Source of the DNA: Opitutaceae bacterium
GTDB taxonomy: Bacteria > Verrucomicrobiota > Verrucomicrobiia > Opitutales > Coraliomargaritaceae
Direction: 5' to 3'
Assembly (NCBI GenBank): GCA_051252375.1
Contig: JBPOFY010000003.1
Location: 32,001 to 96,000 of the forward strand
DNA: 64,000 nucleotides
Below are positions 1-9,218 of the stretch, in pieces (positions within the stretch are counted from its first letter, which is position 1; each line of letters starts with the position of its first letter). The translations under genes and the position numbers were made by a program. The notes under the pieces are model-generated. The model saw nothing but the letters and a program-made list of their open reading frames with translations. It had not been told where the DNA came from and made no database searches.

Positions 1-76
1 TTGATCGATGCTCCACTTTTGATCTGGTTTTGGCTTCTTTGGCAAGATGGTCAGAAATTCTTATAACAGTGCTCAT
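1..76 (-). CDS. ParD-like (ribbon-helix-helix) antitoxin, N-terminal part; runs off the window edge; cassette 5
   Basis: Not in the ORF track. Manual translation from ATG at 76 gives MSTVIRISDHLAKEAKTRSKVEHRS, resembling ParD_like antitoxins. It follows an attC core and a TTGACA box. Confidence 0.7.
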   Translation of the reverse strand, partial: MSTVIRISDHLAKEAKTRSKVEHRS

Positions 77-84
77 TTATAATG

Positions 85-113
85 CTGTGTAGCAAAATGT
101 AGCACTTTGTCAA
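85..113 (-). promoter_or_regulatory. Cassette-internal promoter/operator of the ParD-like TA cassette
   Basis: TTGACA at 113-108 followed by the direct repeat TGCTACA-TTT-TGCTACA over the expected -10 region. Confidence 0.55.
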
Positions 114-122
114 CTTTCGTAT

Positions 123-227
123 GCCTAACGTAGAGGACTGGCAACCCAGCCTGTGAATTTAGTAGTCTAAGTAGTTATCGAATATCAGGCGGCGTAAATG
201 GGGTTGACCAGCTCCGTCTGGATGTAG
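123..227 (-). mobile_element. attC site (cassette 4) with non-canonical R'' CTACATC
   Basis: Minus strand: CTACATC-CAGAC-GGAGCTGG-T-CAACCC...GGGTTG-CCAGTCC-TCTAC-GTTAGGC. L''/L' pair with an extra G, a second extra T, and 5-bp spacers. Confidence 0.85.
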
Positions 228-291
228 TCTCAGAATGGCCGATGGGTGCCGACTGGTCGAGTGGTTTCTGTCGCATTTCCCCTTATTCTTT

Positions 292-388
292 ACCACCCAT
301 TCCCTTCGGTCATTGGAGTCACTGAGACACAGAGTTTTGTTTTTTATTTTCTCCTCCGTGCCTTCGTGTCTCCAGCGAAGCGGGTGGT
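292..388. repeat. Long imperfect palindrome (REP-like) forming the body of gene-less cassette 4
   Basis: Arms ACCACCC/GGGTGGT, TGGAG/CTCCA and GAGACACAGAG/CTCCGTGCCTTC around a T-rich loop. Confidence 0.7.
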
Positions 389-395
389 TGAATAT

Positions 396-1145
396 TCATT
401 TCTTTCCTACATCGTCGAGGTGAGGCACCGGCGAATTCCTGTTGCCTCCACCGACTTGTTCGGCTTTCACACTATCTGATTCGTATGCTTCGGGAGCGGT
501 TAACTGACCAGCATTTCCTGGTGTCGATTCCAGTTCCTGAACAAACCGATAGCTCTGAGGGAAGTGCTTTTCAAGGGCGTCAAGCAATGCATCGGGATCT
601 CGCCAATATTTTCGGGCGAAAAGCGAAGCGAAGCACTCCACCGGACCCTTGTTGCCTTCCTGTAGGAAGTGTTTGAAGGTTTGACGCATCTCCTTTGGAA
701 TCTGGTCAGCCTCTTTAAGATAGGCAGCCTGGAAAACGGGATTCTGGGAACCTTTGACGATCGAGTCATAGGCATGCCCAGCCTCGTGAAGTGTGATGAT
801 AGGCAGCCGCGCAAGTTGTATGGGCTTTCCCCGGATCGTTTCAGGCACGACAATCCGACGGTATTTGGGGTAAAACCCGCAACCGCCCTCTTGATTGCCA
901 ATTTCGGCCTGGGTTGGCGTGATCACAAAATGGATTTGACGCTGCCGCAATTTCTCTTTGATGCTTTCCGGCATCTTCGACAAAGCGAAGTGCACCCGTT
1001 CCAAGACCGCTTCCGTCTGTTCGGTTCGCCGCACAACCTGCACTAATTCACGGTCGAGTTGGCTTGGCGGAATAGGAGTAGCACTAAGCTGACAAAAACT
1101 GGAAAGAAGGCCGGAGGTAATCACTATTGTAAGAATTCTTTGCAT
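396..1145 (-). CDS. Secreted zinc metallopeptidase, ATLF/Pro-Pro endopeptidase-like (cassette 3)
   Basis: N-terminal signal peptide, LHEAGH zinc motif and a downstream ECFA third ligand. Confidence 0.7.
   Translation of the reverse strand: MQRILTIVITSGLLSSFCQLSATPIPPSQLDRELVQVVRRTEQTEAVLERVHFALSKMPESIKEKLRQRQIHFVITPTQAEIGNQEGGCGFYPKYRRIVVPETIRGKPIQLARLPIITLHEAGHAYDSIVKGSQNPVFQAAYLKEADQIPKEMRQTFKHFLQEGNKGPVECFASLFARKYWRDPDALLDALEKHFPQSYRFVQELESTPGNAGQLTAPEAYESDSVKAEQVGGGNRNSPVPHLDDVGKK
407..464 (-). mobile_element. attC site (cassette 3) with non-canonical R' GATGTAG
   Basis: Minus strand: GCCGAAC-AAGTC-GGTGGAGG-CAAC...GGTG-CCTCACC-TCGAC-GATGTAG. R'' is complementary to the GTTCGGC that opens cassette 3. 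Confidence 0.85.
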
Positions 1146-1156
1146 CTTTTTCTCAA

Positions 1157-1223
1157 GCCGAACGTCGATAGTGTGGCACGGAGTGAGGCACGGACGGAGT
1201 TGTCCTATCCTGCCTTGTTGGCC
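1157..1223 (-). mobile_element. attC site (cassette 2)
   Basis: Minus strand: GGCCAAC...TCGAC-GTTCGGC. R'' is complementary to the GTTGGCC opening cassette 2; L boxes are imperfect; the antitoxin ORF ends inside it. Confidence 0.75.
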
Positions 1224-1465
1224 TTTAGTATTCTTTTGGACTTAGGCGCGTCGAGGTGTTCACCAATCCAAACTTTGATCAGGGATTGTCGAGGCACGCC
1301 AATGCGACTTGCTTCACGATCTAGGCGTTCGATCATCCAGACAGGAAAATCTACATTCACACGCTTCTGTTCCTGTCCTGGTCGGAATGCCTTCGATAAA
1401 TCCAAGTGATCGTTGATGTCGATCTCGCCATCATCAAAAATTTTATCTAAATCTTTAGCTTTCAT
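1205..1465 (-). CDS. brnA: BrnA/CopG-family antitoxin
   Basis: KRVNVDFPVWMIERLDREASRIGVPRQSLIKVW RHH motif; overlaps the brnT stop. Confidence 0.85.
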   Translation of the reverse strand: MKAKDLDKIFDDGEIDINDHLDLSKAFRPGQEQKRVNVDFPVWMIERLDREASRIGVPRQSLIKVWIGEHLDAPKSKRILKANKAG

Positions 1466-1715
1466 ATAGTTTCCTTTCGTTGGTTCGAGCTCTTCTCACT
1501 GAGATGATCGGTATCTTGTTTTCTCTGGGAGTATAGAACGCTACCCAAAACTTCCCTTTCAACATCGCGAGCAGGGCGAAGCGATCTTCGTCCTCTGATT
1601 TCGCCGGAAAGCTAATACAATCTGGGTCATTCCAGAGGGATTGAGCTGCTTCGAAATCGAGACCATGCTTTGCTTTGTTTAATTCACTTTTAGCGGGGTC
1701 ATAATCAAACTCCAT
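1455..1715 (-). CDS. brnT: BrnT-family ribonuclease toxin
   Basis: MEFDYDPAKSELNKAKHGLDF...IISVRRA...ERKLY is the BrnT pattern. Confidence 0.9.
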   Translation of the reverse strand: MEFDYDPAKSELNKAKHGLDFEAAQSLWNDPDCISFPAKSEDEDRFALLAMLKGKFWVAFYTPRENKIPIISVRRARTNERKLYES

Positions 1716-1718
1716 TTA

Positions 1719-1753
1719 GGTATAGAAAGTATACCATTCGTTGGGCTTGTCAA
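1719..1753 (-). promoter_or_regulatory. brnTA promoter with palindromic operator
   Basis: TTGACA (1753-1748), a TACTTT/TATACT -10 region, and the inverted repeat GGTATA-GAAAG-TATACC (1719-1735). Confidence 0.7.
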
Positions 1754-1768
1754 GTGATTCGTTTTCTT

Positions 1769-1836
1769 GGCCAACGTGGAGGATGAGCGATAGATGAGCG
1801 CCAGCGAAATCTATTGCTCACTCCGATTGGTTAGGT
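1769..1836 (-). mobile_element. attC site (cassette 1)
   Basis: Minus strand: ACCTAAC-CAATC-GGAGTGAG-CAATAGAT...ATCTATCG-CTCATCC-TCCAC-GTTGGCC, the canonical R''/L''/L'/R' layout. Confidence 0.9.
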
Positions 1837-2080
1837 GTTGCTCTATTTGTTCAACCATCAGGGATCGGATTCGGGACAATTCTAGGTCTTCATCTTCTAT
1901 AGTTTTAGTTTTTTTAATTTCTCCCGACGAAATGACTGTGTAGGGCGCCTCAACTTCGAATATTTCCCATTCAAGACCATCATAGTCGAGTGTTGTTTTG
2001 TAGGTAAGCTTTCCGTCAATTCGAGTTTCGAACCAGAATGCGATGAATTCGCACATTAAATCTGAGTGTTCAATTATCAT
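1811..2080 (-). CDS. Hypothetical acidic protein, 89 aa (cassette 1)
   Basis: ATG at 2080 lies just inside the GTTAGGT core and the stop lies inside attC. The track start at 2122 is outside the cassette. Confidence 0.7.
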   Translation of the reverse strand: MIIEHSDLMCEFIAFWFETRIDGKLTYKTTLDYDGLEWEIFEVEAPYTVISSGEIKKTKTIEDEDLELSRIRSLMVEQIEQHLTNRSEQ

Positions 2081-2086
2081 TTTCTG

Positions 2087-2125
2087 ACCTAACAGTGTTA
2101 TCTGCGTCCTTGAACAACGCATTTG
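2087..2125 (-). mobile_element. Probable attI site (array head)
   Basis: Minus strand ...GACGCAGATAACACT-GTTAGGT: the core is complementary to R'' of cassette 1 but is not preceded by an attC hairpin. Confidence 0.6.
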
Positions 2126-2343
2126 ACGGATTTGGTTTGTGTGGAAATTGTGGGGTTGGGGTTCATGTTAGACGCGTTGCGCAACGGTCCATTGCCTTTA
2201 AACTCTAGGATCGATGGTTTGTCACGCTTTTAGAAAGAGTTGATTTTCCTGGAAAACGTTACTTTTTGATTCCGACAAATGCGAAGTTCCTGAAGTGGTT
2301 ATATTGGGTGCGAAGAGACGGAATATACCGCCTGACTTAATAT

Positions 2344-2428
2344 TGTAGCCACGGCAGTCTCCTGCCGTGTTTTGTTTTAGCTGATATAGACTATGCTGAC
2401 TATCACGTCACAGAGTGACGTGGCTACA
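2344..2428. repeat. GTAG-type REP doublet (REPIN-like)
   Basis: TGTAGC-CACGGCAG-TCTC-CTGCCGTG ... CACGTCAC-AGA-GTGACGTG-GCTACA; homologues at 17535 and 54352. Confidence 0.8.
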
Positions 2429-2443
2429 TGATACTAAATATCA

Positions 2444-2493
2444 TGTAGCGGACTGTCTCTGACGAATAGCGGTCAGGGACGACCGCCGCTAAC
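2444..2493. repeat. Degenerate second GTAG-type REP element
   Basis: TGTAGCGG...GCGGTC-AGGGAC-GACCGC-CGCTAAC. Confidence 0.5.
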
Positions 2494-2520
2494 TTTGTGC
2501 TTCATGTGTCTCTTTGCTCA

Positions 2521-2594
2521 TTCGATTGCCCGAAGGGCACCCATCTCATTCACCCCTAAAGGGGCTGCGCCATCTCCGCGCAGCTGCGCTCCGT
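2521..2594. repeat. Hairpin-array insertion element (homologous to 17982-18072)
   Basis: Shared modules TTCGAT..TGCCC-xx-AGGGC, CACCCC-xxx-GGGGC and CCATCT..GCGC..GCGCT.CGT. Confidence 0.65.
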
Positions 2595-2628
2595 GTGGTT
2601 ATGAGTATCCGTGTTTAATATTGAGCAC

Positions 2629-2657
2629 AAAAAAGCGCGCGTCCTGAGACGCGCGCT
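2629..2657 (-). terminator. Rho-independent terminator after the mutase genes
   Basis: AGCGCGCGTC-CTGA-GACGCGCGCT stem with a T-run on the minus strand. Confidence 0.8.
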
Positions 2658-2704
2658 GGTTGTTTTATGACTGAATGGTGATCAGCTTCGCTGACCACTA
2701 ATTA

Positions 2705-4870
<2,166 letters not shown>

Positions 4871-4920
4871 GATTTTTTGTAGTTAAATTCTAAATACTAA
4901 CTTCTATATCCTAACTTCTT

Positions 4921-7056
4921 TTAAAGAACGCCTAGTCCTTGGAGGTGGAGACGGTTGACTTCGTAGTTGTTGGACTTAACGAAGACGAAGTCGTCCATTC
5001 CGGCGGCACGGTATTCGTCTTCCTTTTCACCAGGGAAGCCAGCGAGGAGAACGCGTGTGTCGGGGAGGGCTTGCTTGATCGCAGTGGCATAGTCGGCGAA
5101 CTTTTCGGCGTAGTCGTCGTCGGTCGCGCAGACCACAGTGATGCAGGCTCCGGATTCGATGAGCGCTTTGACTGCTTCTTCGGGTGTCTCGAATCCTTTC
5201 GGTGAGATGACTTCGAAGCCGCCGCTCTGGAAGAAGCCTTTGATGAAGTCCGCACGTAGTTTGTGGCGACGGAGTGGACCGAGGTTGCAGAGGAAGATCT
5301 TTGGGAACTCTCCTGTTTTTTCGGCGAATTTAACGGACGCATCGCGCATCGCTTCGTATTTCGCGGCGAGGCGTGTGGCGGCGAGCGGGCGAATGGCTTC
5401 GGCGGGCTCGGCACTGGCACGGATCGTCTTGGTGACTTCGCCGATGGTGGCTCCTGCGGTGATAGCCTCTACGAGTGCAGGCACCAGTGATTCGCGGTCC
5501 ACTTCGAGGAGTTTACCTAGGGCGCTCATGACTGCGGCGTCGGCATTTTCGTCTAGCTCCATGCGGGCCGCTGCGATTTCGCGAGCGCGTTGGTCACGGA
5601 TGCCGTTGTAGTCAATCGAAGTGTCGTCGAGTGGTTTCTCTTCGAGGTTCGGATAGACGTTGGTGCCGACTAGACTGACGCGGCGTTGGTTGAGTTGGTC
5701 TTGGACGCCCTTTGCTGTTTTTGCGATAGTGTCGAAGATGAAACCGTTCTCGAGGGCGGGGATGACGCCGCCTTGTTTTTCGATTTCTTGAAAGAAGGTC
5801 CAAGATTTTTCGGAGATTTCATTGGTCAACCATTCGACCGCCCATGAGCCGCCTGCTGGGTCGACTACGGCAGTGAGCTCGCATTCTTCCTGGAGGATGA
5901 TTTGCGTGTTGCGTGAAATCCGACGGCTGAAGGTGTCGGGTAGGCGAGTGACCTCGTCGAAGTTACCCACACATAGACTGTCGACACCGCCGATGACACC
6001 GCTGAGGGCTTCGGTTGTGGTGCGGAGCATGTTTACGTAAGGGTCTTTCTTCGTCTTGTTATAGAGACCAGTGCGGGCGTGCATGGTGATCTTTTGCGCT
6101 TCGGCGCTGCCACCGAAGCCAGCAACCACTTGTGCCCAGAGCACACGTGCGGCGCGGAGTTTGGCGATCTCCATGAAGAAGTTTGGCCCTATGGCGAAAC
6201 TGAAACGGATTTGCTTGGCAGCATCGTCAACCGATAGACCGCGCTCGGTGAGCTCTGTTAGATAGGCGGCACCGGAGGCGAGGGCGATGCCGAGCTCTTC
6301 GACTGAAGAACCGCCTGCTTGGTGATAAGGTAGCGTGGAAACGCCGACCGATTTTATTCCAGGTGCGGATTTCGCGCAGAAGGCGGCGAGGACGGCTTGT
6401 TCATTTAGAAGTTCGCCGAGCGATGTGGGCAGTAGACCAGCCGCTGCTTGAACCGCGATGGGGTCCATGCCGAGGCTACCTTTGACGGTGCTGAGATCGA
6501 CGCCTTTGTTTTCCAGCCAAGCGAAGAAGAGCGCGCCAACCGAGAGCCCTGAGCATCCTGTGCGGATGTGGAAACTGACGGCATCGGGGATGATTTCTTC
6601 GAATGCAGTTTGAATATCCTTCAAGCATGCGAGCGAGAGTCCGCAGGCACCGACTTCGCCAGCTTGAGCACTGTCGGGGTCGAGCCCTTTAAGTGTGGCG
6701 ATGTCCAGAATGATGTTGAGTGCATCTTGACCGCGCATGAGATCGGCTCGAGCTGCGGCATTGAACTCACTCGGTGTGCCGTAGGGGAGCTCTTGGGCGA
6801 TTTCCCAGGGCTTCTCGGTATAGCCCGCAGCATTGGTGCCGCGGAGATAGCCGTCGAAGCCAGGCTGAGTCTCGGAAGCAGGTAACTGCTCCAACACTTC
6901 TTTACGGAAGATAGGTTCCAAGCGGATACCTTCCGGCGTTTGTTTAGTCATCACTTTATCGAAAGGGGCTCCTTTCAACAGCTTTTCAGCTGCTGTGCGC
7001 CACTCTTCCGGTGTCGATGCAGGGAATTCATTGAGTAGTTTTTGTGTCTTTTTCAT
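4921..7056 (-). CDS. mutA: Methylmalonyl-CoA mutase small subunit
   Basis: MCM-fold motifs (FFMEIAKLRAAR, DPAGGSW) without DxHxxG; upstream of mutB. Confidence 0.93.
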   Translation of the reverse strand: MKKTQKLLNEFPASTPEEWRTAAEKLLKGAPFDKVMTKQTPEGIRLEPIFRKEVLEQLPASETQPGFDGYLRGTNAAGYTEKPWEIAQELPYGTPSEFNAAARADLMRGQDALNIILDIATLKGLDPDSAQAGEVGACGLSLACLKDIQTAFEEIIPDAVSFHIRTGCSGLSVGALFFAWLENKGVDLSTVKGSLGMDPIAVQAAAGLLPTSLGELLNEQAVLAAFCAKSAPGIKSVGVSTLPYHQAGGSSVEELGIALASGAAYLTELTERGLSVDDAAKQIRFSFAIGPNFFMEIAKLRAARVLWAQVVAGFGGSAEAQKITMHARTGLYNKTKKDPYVNMLRTTTEALSGVIGGVDSLCVGNFDEVTRLPDTFSRRISRNTQIILQEECELTAVVDPAGGSWAVEWLTNEISEKSWTFFQEIEKQGGVIPALENGFIFDTIAKTAKGVQDQLNQRRVSLVGTNVYPNLEEKPLDDTSIDYNGIRDQRAREIAAARMELDENADAAVMSALGKLLEVDRESLVPALVEAITAGATIGEVTKTIRASAEPAEAIRPLAATRLAAKYEAMRDASVKFAEKTGEFPKIFLCNLGPLRRHKLRADFIKGFFQSGGFEVISPKGFETPEEAVKALIESGACITVVCATDDDYAEKFADYATAIKQALPDTRVLLAGFPGEKEDEYRAAGMDDFVFVKSNNYEVNRLHLQGLGVL

Positions 7057-7194
7057 AAGCTAAACTTAATTGGATTAAATTTAATATAAGAAAAACTTGC
7101 ATTCTCGGAAACGGCATGTCAATAAGAATGTGTAATCTAAAAAACTTTCAGATTAAGCTAAGCTAATCAATCAACTCAAACCACCGATAACATT

Positions 7195-7599
7195 ATGATC
7201 AAGCAAATCGACCACCTCGGCATTGCCGTCCGCAACCTCGATGAATCCATCGAATATTACGAAAAAGCCCTTGGCTTGCACTGCCATGGCCGCGAAGAAG
7301 TGGCATCGCAAAAAGTGAAGACTGCATTTTTTGAAGCGGGCGATGTGCATATTGAGCTTCTTGAGCCCACTTCGGAGGATAGCCCGATTGCCAAGTTCTT
7401 GGAAAAGAACGGCGAGGGTATTCACCACATCGCATTTGCGGTGGACGACATTGAAGGTCAGCTTAACCAAGCTAAAGAGGCCGGTGTGCGCGTTATTCAT
7501 GAAGTCCCATTCGAAGGCGCGGCCAATAAGCTGGTCGCTTTCCTCCATCCTAAATCGACAGGTGGTGTTCTTACAGAATTCTGCATGGATAAAAAGTAA
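7195..7599 (+). CDS. mce: Methylmalonyl-CoA epimerase
   Basis: IDHLGIAV, GEGIHHIAF and FLHPKSTGGVLTE motifs. Confidence 0.95.
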   Translation: MIKQIDHLGIAVRNLDESIEYYEKALGLHCHGREEVASQKVKTAFFEAGDVHIELLEPTSEDSPIAKFLEKNGEGIHHIAFAVDDIEGQLNQAKEAGVRVIHEVPFEGAANKLVAFLHPKSTGGVLTEFCMDKK

Positions 7600-7638
7600 G
7601 CCTTTCCAGATACTTAAAACATTCAAACATAATCAAAT

Positions 7639-9189
7639 ATGGCAATAGACCCAAAATTATTGAAAGAACTTCGGGACCGGCGTGAGGTAGCTCGCAAAGC
7701 TGGCGGCGAAGACAAACTAGCCAAACGGCGTGCGAAAGGACAAATGAGCGCTCGCGAGCGTTTAGAAGTCCTATTCGAACCTGGCACTTTCCAAGAGTTC
7801 GGCATGCATGCCCAGCATACTTGCACACGCTTTGGCATGGAGAAGAAATCATTACCTTATGATGGTGTGGTTTGCGGAACTGGCCTAGTCGATGGTCGTG
7901 CCGTCGCGGCATACGCACAGGACTTCACTGTCAGTGGTGGTTCGCTCGGACGTATTCACGCAAAGAAGATTTGCGACCTCATGGACATCGCGGTCGAATC
8001 CGGCATGCCGGTGGTCGGGGTGAACGATTCTGGGGGTGCACGTATTCAAGAAGGCGTTGATTCGCTGAGTGGCTACGGACAAGTGTTCTTCAAGAATGTA
8101 TTGCTCTCAGGTGTGGTGCCGCAAATTGCGGTGATCGCAGGTCCTTGTGCAGGTGGTGCGGCATATTCGCCAGCCCTGACAGACTTCCTGATCATGACGA
8201 AGAATAACGCCAACATGTTTATCTGTGGTCCTGACGTGATTAAGGCAGCAACTGGCGAAGTGGCGCAATTGGAGCAATTTGCTTCTGCTGCAGCGCATGC
8301 CAGTATCTCTGGTAATATCCACCTTGTTGCGGAAGATGATGCGCATGCGATGGAAATGACCGCGAAGCTGTTGTCCTTCCTGCCCAGCAACAATATCTCG
8401 GATCCTCCTCACGTGATGATGGATCTCGATTTGAATGATGATCCGGAGATGAACGAGCTTGTGCCGGACTCACCGAAGAAGCCACTTGATGTGATGGCTG
8501 TGATCGATCGCTTGGTTGATGATGGCGACTTCTTCGAGATTATGCCCGACTTTGCAGGCAGCCTCGTTGTCGGTTACGCCCGTATCCAGGGAATTGTTGT
8601 CGGTATTGTCGCGAACAACCCAATGGTAAAAGCTGGCACGCTTGACATTGATAGCTCCGATAAAGGTGCACGTTTCATCCGGACTTGTAACATCTACAAT
8701 ATCCCCATTGTGACACTTGTGGATGTCCCCGGCTTCATGCCAGGGCTCGCGCAAGAGCAGGGTGGTATTATCCGCCACGGTGCAAAGATGCTCTTTGCTT
8801 ATGCGGCTTCGACAGTGCCAAAAATCACTATGATCATGCGTAAAGCATATGGTGGTGCGTATCTCGCGATGTGCTCTGCTGACCTTGGTGCCGATATGGT
8901 ATTTGCATGGCCCACTGCGGAAATCGCAGTGATGGGTGCTGAAGGCGCGGTGAACGTGCTCTTCCGTAAGGAGTTGAAAGAAGCTGACGATCCTAAGGCC
9001 AAGGCCGCAGAGATCGCAGAAGCATATCGCAATGAGTTTGCCTCGCCTTATCAAGCAGCTGCGAACGGCATGATTACAGACGTGATCGAACCCGCGCAGA
9101 CACGTGCAGCGATTGCATTGGCATTACGTAATACCTTGAGCAAGCGTGACTCGCGTCCGCCTAAGAAACACGGTAACATTCCTCTATAA
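7639..9189 (+). CDS. mmdA: Methylmalonyl-CoA decarboxylase alpha (carboxyltransferase) subunit
   Basis: DSGGARIQEG, DVPGFMPG and KKHGNIPL motifs; operon context. Confidence 0.9.
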   Translation: MAIDPKLLKELRDRREVARKAGGEDKLAKRRAKGQMSARERLEVLFEPGTFQEFGMHAQHTCTRFGMEKKSLPYDGVVCGTGLVDGRAVAAYAQDFTVSGGSLGRIHAKKICDLMDIAVESGMPVVGVNDSGGARIQEGVDSLSGYGQVFFKNVLLSGVVPQIAVIAGPCAGGAAYSPALTDFLIMTKNNANMFICGPDVIKAATGEVAQLEQFASAAAHASISGNIHLVAEDDAHAMEMTAKLLSFLPSNNISDPPHVMMDLDLNDDPEMNELVPDSPKKPLDVMAVIDRLVDDGDFFEIMPDFAGSLVVGYARIQGIVVGIVANNPMVKAGTLDIDSSDKGARFIRTCNIYNIPIVTLVDVPGFMPGLAQEQGGIIRHGAKMLFAYAASTVPKITMIMRKAYGGAYLAMCSADLGADMVFAWPTAEIAVMGAEGAVNVLFRKELKEADDPKAKAAEIAEAYRNEFASPYQAAANGMITDVIEPAQTRAAIALALRNTLSKRDSRPPKKHGNIPL

Positions 9190-9218
9190 GCACGATATAA
9201 TCAACGAGCTTACATATT

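Noticed and set aside
235..479. Plus-strand ORFs 235-423 and 246-479
   Set aside because: They cross attC and palindromic DNA antisense to the array and show no protein-like features.
2087..2173. Possible fifth attC (GTCTAAC at 2173-2167 paired with GTTAGGT)
   Set aside because: No complementary L''/L' boxes or central hairpin between the cores; better read as attI.
2344..2600. CRISPR array
   Set aside because: The repeats are inverted hairpin pairs, not regularly spaced direct repeats, and no cas genes are in the window.
2125..2700. intI gene or remnant beside the array head
   Set aside because: No long ORF or tyrosine-recombinase motif is visible on either strand.
7057..7194. Cobalamin riboswitch upstream of the mutase genes
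   Set aside because: Only 138 bp of AT-rich divergent promoter DNA; no recognisable B12-box.
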